Positions 56,464-64,000 of a DNA stretch of 64,000 bases are shown here, one piece after another. The notes below the pieces were generated by a model. The model searched no databases, was not told where the DNA came from, and was given only the letters and a program-made list of their open reading frames with translations. The stretch comes from Clostridia bacterium. GTDB lineage: Bacteria > Bacillota > Clostridia > Christensenellales > SZUA-584. Position 1 is the stretch's first letter; each line of letters opens with the position of its first letter. The stretch is from the NCBI GenBank assembly GCA_018648645.1, contig JABGQS010000013.1, positions 2,994-66,993 of the forward strand, given 5' to 3'. The position numbers were made by a program, and so were the translations under genes.

Positions 56464-56797
56464 GTACGCAGTAACGGAAAACATACTAAAGATTGTTATA
56501 GAGCAAGCAGCCAAAGCAGACGCCAAAAAGGTGCTCGCGATACGTCTCACAATCGGCGCGCTTTCCGGCTTCGAGCAAGACTGCATCCAAATGTACTATG
56601 AGGAGCTTTCAAAGGATACGATTGCGGCGGGTGCAAAGCTGATTGTAACAAAGGTCGAGGCACAGCTTCATTGCCGCAACTGCGACACAGATTTTGCCCT
56701 GACACACACCGACTACAACTGCCCAACGTGCGGAGTGGCGGGCGTGTATAACGATGACGGTCGCGATTTTATGATTGAGAGCATCGAGATCGAATGA
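56456..56797 (+). CDS. hypA: Hydrogenase nickel-insertion protein HypA
   Basis: N-terminal MHE; Zn site CRNCDTDF...CPTCG. Confidence 0.9.
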   Translation: MHEYAVTENILKIVIEQAAKADAKKVLAIRLTIGALSGFEQDCIQMYYEELSKDTIAAGAKLIVTKVEAQLHCRNCDTDFALTHTDYNCPTCGVAGVYNDDGRDFMIESIEIE

Positions 56798-56809
56798 GAG
56801 GATATATTC

Positions 56810-57478
56810 ATGGAGATTAAAGTTCAAAAGAACATAATGAACCGCAACAACGAGATTGCGGCAGAAAATCGCCAACGATTTATTGACGACGGCATATTTA
56901 CAGTCAACGTTCTGGCGTCACCGGGTGCGGGCAAAACGAGCGTGCTGCTAAAGATTATCGAGACAATCGACGGCAAAATCGACATGGCGATTCTCGAGGG
57001 CGACATTGCGTCGCAGATAGACACCGACAAAATCCGCAAGCGCGGCATCCCCGTCATGCAAATCAACACGGGCGGCGGCTGCCACCTCGACGCCAACATG
57101 ATACGCGTATCGCTGAGCGAGCTAAAGCCCGCAAAAAACGCCATTTTCCTCATCGAGAACGTCGGCAACCTCGTGTGCCCGTCTTCTCATGACCTCGGCG
57201 AAAACATGAAGCTACTCATCGCCAGCGTCCCCGAAGGTCACGACAAACCGTACAAATACACATCCATGTTTGCAGCAGCAGACGCGATAATACTCAACAA
57301 GACCGACCTGCTGCCGTATATTGATTTTGATAAAGAGGTTTTCTACAAAGGCGTGCATGCACTAAAACCGGACGTGCCGGTGTTCGAGATGTCATGCAAA
57401 ACCGGCGACGGCGTAGCGGACTTTGTTAATTGGCTAAAGGATAAAAGAAAACTATGGCAGACTCAGCATACAAAATAG
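56810..57478 (+). CDS. hypB: Hydrogenase nickel-incorporation GTPase HypB (no His-rich N-terminus)
   Basis: P-loop ASPGAGKTS, metal site GGGCHLDA, and NKTDL. Confidence 0.9.
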   Translation: MEIKVQKNIMNRNNEIAAENRQRFIDDGIFTVNVLASPGAGKTSVLLKIIETIDGKIDMAILEGDIASQIDTDKIRKRGIPVMQINTGGGCHLDANMIRVSLSELKPAKNAIFLIENVGNLVCPSSHDLGENMKLLIASVPEGHDKPYKYTSMFAAADAIILNKTDLLPYIDFDKEVFYKGVHALKPDVPVFEMSCKTGDGVADFVNWLKDKRKLWQTQHTK

Positions 57479-59727
57479 ATATTACAGGGATTGTTCAGGG
57501 GGTGGGTTTCCGGCCTTTCATATATCGGCTCGCAAAGAAATTCGAGCTTAACGGCTATGTCACTAACACGTTGATGGGCGTGCACGTTTATGTCGAGGGC
57601 GCTCAGCATGCACTCGACAACTTTGCGAAGTCAATCGAGCCACAGAGTCCAAACATTTCGTCCATCGAGGATATGCAAATCCTTAAAGTAGCCCCCATTG
57701 GCGCAAAATCCTTCACAATAGAAAAAAGCGAAAAACTCTCAGGAAACGAGATTTTTATCTCGCCAGATTTGTCAACTTGCGCCGACTGTAAAAGCGATAT
57801 TCTGGACGAAAGCAACCGCCGATATCGCTATCCTTTCACCACCTGCACATACTGCGGACCCAGATACTCGATTATCCGCGACGTTCCATATGACAGGAGC
57901 AGCACCGTCATGGATGAATTCACAATGTGCCCGGCTTGCCAAAGCGAGTATGACGACCCAAATGACAGGCGCTACCACAGCCAGCCAAACGCCTGCGCAG
58001 TTTGCGGACCAAAGCTCTCTTTGTATAACACCAAAGACAAAGCATGTGTGCAAGTCGGCGATGGCGACTATATTTCGCTTATCGCAGATGCGCTGAAACG
58101 CGGACAAATCGTCGCGCTAAAGGGTCTTGGGGGCTACCAGCTTTGCTGCGACGCAAGCAACTCGGACGCGCTCGCAGCTCTGCGAGAGCGAAAGCATCGC
58201 GAAGCAAAACCGTTCGCCGTCATGTGCAAAGACGTTTTGGCAGCGCAAAACCATTGCCACATCTCGCCCGAAGAAACGGAATTGCTACTCAGCCCGCACA
58301 ACCCAATCGTGCTTATGGAAAAACGGAAAGCAAGCACAATCGCAGACAACGTGTCAAGCGACAACGATTATCTCGGCGTCATGCTTCCCTACACACCCAT
58401 TCACATTCTGCTTATGGAGATAGTGGACACATTGGTGATGACCAGCGCCAATATATCGGACATGCCAATCATCAGCGACGATGAGGATGCCAAAGCAAAT
58501 CTTGCGGATATCGCCGACTATATATTGATGCACAACAGAAAAATTCACCGCAGAGTAGACGACTCGGTGTACAAAGTAACCAACGAATTACCGCAGGCAA
58601 TCAGAAGAGCGCGGGGATACGCGCCCGGCATTGTGAAAGCAGACAAATTGAAAACGCCTATTCTGGCGGTTGGCGCAGAGCTTAAAAACACCTTTGCAGT
58701 CAGCCGCGGCAGCAACATCTTCGTCAGCCCGCACATCGGCGATTTGAAATACGCGCAAACGTACGAGTTGTTCAAGCAAAGCATTCACGAGTTCAAACAG
58801 CTTTTTGGCGTATCGCCGAAAGTGGTCGCGTGCGATATGCACCCGGGTTACCTGTCAACAAAATGGGCGAGCGAATCCGGGCACCGGGTGATAAAAGTAC
58901 AGCACCACCATGCGCATTTGGCAGCCACCCTTCTCGAGTACGGCATAATGGACGAGCCTGCAATCGGCTTCTGCATGGACGGCACGGGCTACGGTACCGA
59001 CGGCGCAATTTGGGGCTGCGAAGCCGGCATCGTCTCTTTCAAGCAGTTCAAGCGCATCTCTCACTTAGGTTATTTCGCTCTTCCCGGAGGCGACATATGC
59101 GCCAAAGACGTATACAGATGCGGCGTTTCGCTGATTAATCAAGCGGTAGGTCGTGTGGATGCAAACCAATACGAATTTCTTCAAGATATCGCCTCGCAAA
59201 ACATACAAGTTATTCAAGAGATGATAGAGCAAAACATCAACACCGTGCCGACCTCCAGCATGGGCAGACTCTTCGACGGCGTCTCCAGCATCATTGGGCT
59301 GGGTAGCTCTTCGCTTTACGAGGCCGGCGCCGCGATACGGCTGGAAAGCGTCGCAGACAAGAGTATTACCGATGCATATACAGTCTCGCTCCGTGAATAT
59401 GACGGGCTTCATTTGTGGATGTGGGAGAGCATGATTGGCGAAATACTGCTGGATTTAGAAGAAAAGACGCCAATCGGTACGATAAGCGCAAAATTCCACA
59501 ACAGTGTGATAGAATACATTATAAAAATGACACAGATTATAAGCCGGCAGAGCGGAATTACAAAAGTGGCTTTGTCAGGCGGCGTTTTCAACAACTCGCT
59601 CATCAGCGACAGGGCAGAAGCGCTGCTCAGGGGAAACGGGTATGAAGTATACCTTCAAAGAACTTTCCCCGCAGGCGACGGCGGGCTGTGTATCGGACAA
59701 CTAATAGCAGCAAACGAGGTGATTTAA
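57454..59727 (+). CDS. hypF: Carbamoyltransferase HypF
   Basis: Acylphosphatase domain GIVQGVGFRPFIY. Zn fingers CADCKSD..CTYCGPRYS and CPACQSEY..CAVCGP. YrdC and Kae1-like domains. Overlaps hypB by 25 nt. Confidence 0.9.
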   Translation: MADSAYKIDITGIVQGVGFRPFIYRLAKKFELNGYVTNTLMGVHVYVEGAQHALDNFAKSIEPQSPNISSIEDMQILKVAPIGAKSFTIEKSEKLSGNEIFISPDLSTCADCKSDILDESNRRYRYPFTTCTYCGPRYSIIRDVPYDRSSTVMDEFTMCPACQSEYDDPNDRRYHSQPNACAVCGPKLSLYNTKDKACVQVGDGDYISLIADALKRGQIVALKGLGGYQLCCDASNSDALAALRERKHREAKPFAVMCKDVLAAQNHCHISPEETELLLSPHNPIVLMEKRKASTIADNVSSDNDYLGVMLPYTPIHILLMEIVDTLVMTSANISDMPIISDDEDAKANLADIADYILMHNRKIHRRVDDSVYKVTNELPQAIRRARGYAPGIVKADKLKTPILAVGAELKNTFAVSRGSNIFVSPHIGDLKYAQTYELFKQSIHEFKQLFGVSPKVVACDMHPGYLSTKWASESGHRVIKVQHHHAHLAATLLEYGIMDEPAIGFCMDGTGYGTDGAIWGCEAGIVSFKQFKRISHLGYFALPGGDICAKDVYRCGVSLINQAVGRVDANQYEFLQDIASQNIQVIQEMIEQNINTVPTSSMGRLFDGVSSIIGLGSSSLYEAGAAIRLESVADKSITDAYTVSLREYDGLHLWMWESMIGEILLDLEEKTPIGTISAKFHNSVIEYIIKMTQIISRQSGITKVALSGGVFNNSLISDRAEALLRGNGYEVYLQRTFPAGDGGLCIGQLIAANEVI

Positions 59728-59955
59728 ATGTGTTTGGCAGCACCGGCAAGAATTACAAAAATAATTGACAAGGACAACGCGTTTGTAGATATCAGAGGCG
59801 TTACGCAAAAAACCAACATTTCTCTGGTCGATATCAATGTCGGCGACTGGGTGTTGATTCACGCAGGCATCGCTATCAACACCATCGACGAAGAGCTTGC
59901 GGCCGATGCGCTCAAGATTATAGACGAATTGGATGTGGACGCCAATGAACTTTGA
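59728..59955 (+). CDS. hypC: Hydrogenase assembly chaperone HypC
   Basis: N-terminal MCLAAPARI. ATG immediately follows the hypF stop. Confidence 0.9.
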   Translation: MCLAAPARITKIIDKDNAFVDIRGVTQKTNISLVDINVGDWVLIHAGIAINTIDEELAADALKIIDELDVDANEL

Positions 59956-61042
59956 CCAATTCAGAACGCCCGGCGAGGGCATAGAAAAACTCAAACACCT
60001 GATTGCCAAAACGGCAGACAGAGACATAACAATTATGGAAGTGTGCGGAACACACACAATGGCGCTTTTCCGTCACGGCATCAGAGACATGATTCCGACC
60101 GGCATCAAATTGCTTTCGGGTCCCGGATGCCCGGTTTGCGTAACGGAGAATTCTGTAATAGACAAAATGATATGGCTGGCGGGTCAGAGTGATGTCATAG
60201 TCGCAACCTTTGGCGACATGCTTCGAGTGCCGGGGAGCTACAGTTCGCTGAATCTGCAAAAAGCAAACGGTGCAAATGTGCAGGTAGTATACTCGCCGCT
60301 TTTGGCGTTAGAGCTTGCCAAAAAGCATCCGGACAAAAAGGTCGTATTCATCGCAGTCGGTTTCGAGACAACAATACCGGCTATCGCGGTCGCACTTAAA
60401 AGCGCCAAACAGCGCGGCATCAACAATTTCTTCGTACTGTGTGCGCACAAAACGGTTCCAATAGCGCTCGAAGCAATTGCGGGCATGGACAACAATGTAG
60501 ACGGTCTGCTTCTGCCCGGGCACGTCTCCTCAATTATCGGCGCAAACGCGTACCGCTTTCTGGCAGAGCAATATTCACTTCCGGGTGTCATCGCCGGGTT
60601 CGAGCCGCTCGATTTATTGAAAGCGATATACATGATTGTAGACATGATTACGAGCTCCAAAATTGCGATTGTAAACGCGTACGAGCGCGTTGTGTCTGAC
60701 ACCGGCAACATAAAAGCGCAGCAGGTCATTGCGCAGGTTTTCGAGCCTTGCGACGCATCATGGCGGGGGATGGGGACAATCGCCGGTTCAGGGCTTAAGC
60801 TTAACGAGGATTACGTAGCGTTTGATATAGAAAGCATCATGCGCATCGACATCGCGCCGCCGATAGAGCCCGCTGGCTGCCTGTGCGGGCAGATACTGTG
60901 CGGAACCAAAACGCCGCCCGACTGCGCCCACTTCGCAAGCAAATGCGTGCCCGAAAACCCTGTCGGACCGTGCATGGTCTCGACCGAAGGAACGTGCGCA
61001 GCATATTACAAATATAGAAACATCGGAGGCAGCGACTCATGA
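59945..61042 (+). CDS. hypD: Hydrogenase maturation protein HypD
   Basis: Motifs EVCGTHTMA, GPGCPVCV, and a C-terminal Cys cluster. The start is ATG 59945 or 59933; both overlap hypC. Confidence 0.9.
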   Translation: MNFDQFRTPGEGIEKLKHLIAKTADRDITIMEVCGTHTMALFRHGIRDMIPTGIKLLSGPGCPVCVTENSVIDKMIWLAGQSDVIVATFGDMLRVPGSYSSLNLQKANGANVQVVYSPLLALELAKKHPDKKVVFIAVGFETTIPAIAVALKSAKQRGINNFFVLCAHKTVPIALEAIAGMDNNVDGLLLPGHVSSIIGANAYRFLAEQYSLPGVIAGFEPLDLLKAIYMIVDMITSSKIAIVNAYERVVSDTGNIKAQQVIAQVFEPCDASWRGMGTIAGSGLKLNEDYVAFDIESIMRIDIAPPIEPAGCLCGQILCGTKTPPDCAHFASKCVPENPVGPCMVSTEGTCAAYYKYRNIGGSDS

Positions 61043-62043
61043 AAAACGAGCTGATTCTGCTCGCTCACGGAAGCGGCGGCAAACAAATGCGAAAATTGAT
61101 TGAAGGATTTGCGGGTAAATATTTCTCTAACCCTATTCTAGACAAAATGAACGATTTTGCGCAGATAGACGGTGGCAGCAAGACAATCGTTTCCACCGAT
61201 TCGTTTGTAATAAAACCATACAAATTCCCGGGCGGAGACATAGGCAAATTAGCGGTCTGCGGCACGGTCAACGACGTTGCCTGCAGCGGTGCAGATGTGA
61301 AATACTTAACGCTTGCTCTCATCATCGAGGAGGGTTTGCCGATTGCCGACCTTGAGGACATATGCAAGTCCATCAAAAAGGCAAGCGAGGAAGCCGGCGT
61401 GCTGGTTATCGCGGGCGATACAAAGGTGGTAGAGCACGGCGCGGCAGACGGCATATACATCAACACGACGGGTATAGGGATAAAGAGCATTGACGCGGAC
61501 ATCGGCGGCGAGTTTGTGCAGCCCGGCGACAAAATCATAATCAACGGCAACATAGGCGATCACGCCGCAGCAATTCTTGCATGTCGAGAAGGGCTTTCGT
61601 TCACAACGCCGAGCGTAAGCGACTGCGCGCCCCTAAACGGAATGGTGAAGGAGCTACTTGCACAGTGCAGCAATGTGCGATGCATGAGAGACCCGACAAG
61701 AGGCGGCGTAGCAACGGTAGCAGGTGAGATTGCCCGCCAGTCTAAAGTCGGGATAAATATCTTCGAGCAGGCTTTACCGATAGAGCAAAGCGTGCTCGGT
61801 GCGTGCGAGCTTTTCGGTATGGACCCGCTCTACATGGCAAACGAAGGCAAGCTGCTGATTTTTATCGCCGCAGAGGAAGCAGACAAAGCGATAGAAGTTC
61901 TGCGAGGGAATAAGTACGGCAAAAACGCTGCCATTATCGGCGAGGTCACGGACAAGAAGCAGGGTGTAGTGCTGCAAACCGCTATCGGCAGCAGCAGAAT
62001 TTTGGACGAGTTGACCGGAGAGATACTGCCAAGAATATGCTAG
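61039..62043 (+). CDS. hypE: Hydrogenase maturation protein HypE
   Basis: ATGA overlap with hypD. PurM-like fold. The C-terminal ...LPRIC carries the Cys that bears thiocyanate. Confidence 0.9.
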   Translation: MKNELILLAHGSGGKQMRKLIEGFAGKYFSNPILDKMNDFAQIDGGSKTIVSTDSFVIKPYKFPGGDIGKLAVCGTVNDVACSGADVKYLTLALIIEEGLPIADLEDICKSIKKASEEAGVLVIAGDTKVVEHGAADGIYINTTGIGIKSIDADIGGEFVQPGDKIIINGNIGDHAAAILACREGLSFTTPSVSDCAPLNGMVKELLAQCSNVRCMRDPTRGGVATVAGEIARQSKVGINIFEQALPIEQSVLGACELFGMDPLYMANEGKLLIFIAAEEADKAIEVLRGNKYGKNAAIIGEVTDKKQGVVLQTAIGSSRILDELTGEILPRIC

Positions 62044-62265
62044 TGAGTTTCCTGTTCGCATGCAGAAATCACAAACTTGCGTCCTCGCCAAGCTCGCTTA
62101 TCAGGCTTAGAAGCTCAACTCATTTTGATAGCGTCTCAAACAAAAACCATCAAACAACTTACCATGCTGCAAAAATTTAAATTGCATTTTTTGCACGGTT
62201 GTCATATATTAAAACTCGAAGCTAATAAAAAAACAACCAATATTTATAGATGAAAGGCACATGAA

Positions 62266-64000
62266 ATGAAAATCGGGCTGGGTATTGACACCGGAGGCAC
62301 GTACACGGACGCAGTGCTATATGAATTTACGGGCAAGAAAATTCTGCTCACAGCAAAAGCACTAACGACAAAAGAGGATTTGTCCATCGGCATCAGCAAC
62401 GCTATAGACGAGTTCGACAAAGAGTGGCTAAGCAAAATCGACTTTGTTTCGCTGTCCACAACGCTCGCCACAAACGCCTGCGTCGAAGACAAAGGCTGGC
62501 GTGCAAAGCTGATTTATCTCGGGGTCGAAGACAAACTAATCGAGAAGTTCGGCGCGCCTTACGGGCTGCCGGACAGCAGCGAGATTTATTTTCTAAACGG
62601 CGGCGTCGATATGAAAGGCGCCATCAAAGAAGAGCCTGATTGGCAGGCTTTGCGTGAAGATATGCCGGGTTTTCTAAGCGATGCCGACGCGGTCGCTATC
62701 GTAGAGCTTTTTGGCAGCCTAAACCCGACATCCGAAAAGAAGGCGCAGGAGTACATCAGCAACGAGTTTGGCATTCCCGCTATCTGCGGGCACGAGCTTT
62801 TTACCGATCTTAACGCACTCAAGCGCGGTGCCAGCACAATTCTTAACGCGCGCCTCATCCCAATCATCGAAGATTTTATCGACGCAATCAAGAAATCACT
62901 AAAACAGCGCGATATAAACGCGCCGCTGGTCATCGTGCGAAGCGACTGTACGCTGATGAGCGAGTCATACACTTCGGTGCGCCCGGTAGACACACTGCTG
63001 TGCGGACCTGCCGCCAGCGTTATGGGCGGGGTCAAGCTTACTGGCGAGAAAGACAGCATTGTAATCGACATGGGCGGAACAACCACCGACATCGCGATAG
63101 TGCAGGACGGCGTTCCGCTAAAGGCGAAAGATGGCGTAAACATCGGCAAATGGCAGACCTTTGTGAAAGCGGTGCAGGTAGATACGATCGGGCTTGGGGG
63201 CGACAGCCAAATTCGCTTCGATAGCTTAGATAAGCTGGTCCTTGGTCCAACACGCGTTATGCCGCTTTGCATTGCGGCACATCGTTGGCCGAGCGTAACA
63301 TCCAGCCTCAAAAAGCTCTCAGAGCAGCAGAAAATCTCAGCCATGCCCATGCACGAGTTCGTTTGCTTGATGAGCAATATTGGCGACGAGTCTCTATACT
63401 CGCAACAGGAGATAAAGCTGTGTGCAGCGCTTGCGAACGGTCCGCTGATATTGGGCGAAGCCGCAAAAGCCGCGGGCACGGATGTCTATAATTTTAATAT
63501 CAACAGGCTTGAGAGGGAAGGTGTTGTAGCGCGGGCAGGGCTTACTCCAACCGACTTGATGCACATAAACGGCGATTTTAATGAGTTCGATGCAGATGCA
63601 GCAAAGCTCGGCGCGGCGGTTGTAGCGCGCTCTAAAGACACAACAACGCAGGCGCTAATCGAGCTGGTGTACGACCGCATCAAGCAAACCATGTACACGA
63701 CCATAGTCAGCGCAATTTTGAAAAAAACACACCAGAAATTTAAGCTGCACGGACTCGGCGACCGGCTGGAGCTGCTCGTGGAAGAAAGCTGGGCACGTGC
63801 GAAGCTGCCGCAGAGCACCGACCTAGTGGACTTTAAATTCTCGACCGGCTTCGCGCTGGTGGGTCTTGGTGCTCCTATTCACATATTCCTGCCGGACGTC
63901 GCGGATGCGCTTGGTGCGTCATATGTGATTCCAAAGCACGCAAACGTCGCCAACGCACTCGGCGCAATAGTCGGCAACGTCAGCGCGATAAGCGAAATAC
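62266..64000 (+). CDS. Hydantoinase/oxoprolinase-family protein (3' end outside the window)
   Basis: Not in the ORF track because no stop occurs before the window edge; I translated frame 1 from ATG 62266 to 63999 and found none. Motifs MKIGLGIDTGGTYTDAV, LCGPAASVMGG, IDMGGTTTDIA, GLTPTDLMHI. Confidence 0.75.
   Translation, partial: MKIGLGIDTGGTYTDAVLYEFTGKKILLTAKALTTKEDLSIGISNAIDEFDKEWLSKIDFVSLSTTLATNACVEDKGWRAKLIYLGVEDKLIEKFGAPYGLPDSSEIYFLNGGVDMKGAIKEEPDWQALREDMPGFLSDADAVAIVELFGSLNPTSEKKAQEYISNEFGIPAICGHELFTDLNALKRGASTILNARLIPIIEDFIDAIKKSLKQRDINAPLVIVRSDCTLMSESYTSVRPVDTLLCGPAASVMGGVKLTGEKDSIVIDMGGTTTDIAIVQDGVPLKAKDGVNIGKWQTFVKAVQVDTIGLGGDSQIRFDSLDKLVLGPTRVMPLCIAAHRWPSVTSSLKKLSEQQKISAMPMHEFVCLMSNIGDESLYSQQEIKLCAALANGPLILGEAAKAAGTDVYNFNINRLEREGVVARAGLTPTDLMHINGDFNEFDADAAKLGAAVVARSKDTTTQALIELVYDRIKQTMYTTIVSAILKKTHQKFKLHGLGDRLELLVEESWARAKLPQSTDLVDFKFSTGFALVGLGAPIHIFLPDVADALGASYVIPKHANVANALGAIVGNVSAISEI

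Noticed and set aside
62586-63818. Minus-strand ORFs of 297 aa and 110 aa near the right edge.
   Set aside because: The + strand frame 1 is open from 62266 to the window end and encodes clear hydantoinase-family motifs. The minus ORFs are Ser/Pro/Ala-rich shadows.
1-64000. Searched for mobile elements, prophage genes, toxin-antitoxin pairs, restriction-modification or other defence systems, and tRNA/rRNA genes.
   Set aside because: No ORF shows transposase, integrase, recombinase, nuclease-helicase or methyltransferase motifs. I saw no terminal inverted repeats or tRNA-like cloverleaf sequences. The window reads as core metabolic chromosome.

Overview
This 64-kb segment looks like ordinary chromosome from an anaerobic Firmicute (Clostridia-like). 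Supporting signals are AGGAG-type ribosome-binding sites (RBS), TTGACA/TATAAT promoters, a split transketolase, Bcd-Etf and a 2-hydroxyacyl-CoA-dehydratase-family pair. I can support about 55 protein-coding genes. I found no rRNA, tRNA, CRISPR array, transposase, integrase or recognisable defence gene. Left to right, the window contains: (1) two two-component systems flanking a short molybdopterin-domain lipoprotein; (2) a membrane-anchored EF-hand/FGE-domain protein with small membrane proteins; (3) an acyl-CoA dehydrogenase-EtfB-EtfA operon whose EtfA carries an N-terminal 2x[4Fe-4S] ferredoxin domain (CarCDE-like), convergent with an HGD-family pair in which one subunit is fused to its ATP-dependent activase; (4) sugar and polyol genes (two Zn-ADHs, RpiR, split transketolase, GH4, an unknown TIM-barrel-like enzyme); (5) a gnd-zwf-cyclase operon; (6) citrate synthase, NagB-like and Gfo/Idh/MocA genes; (7) an otsA/otsB-fusion-GH65 phosphorylase-beta-phosphoglucomutase operon; (8) miscellaneous redox and hydrolase genes; (9) the most interesting block, 45-62 kb. 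That block holds an fdsGBA-ordered NuoE/NuoF/FdhA/FdhD formate dehydrogenase operon, two small redox proteins, and an hyhBGSL group-3b-type [NiFe] hydrogenase with endopeptidase and hypABFCDE. A perfect 18-bp Rex-type palindrome sits in the hydrogenase leader. A hydantoinase/oxoprolinase-family gene runs off the right edge. All calls rest on motifs read from the translations and on sequence signals; no database search was possible.
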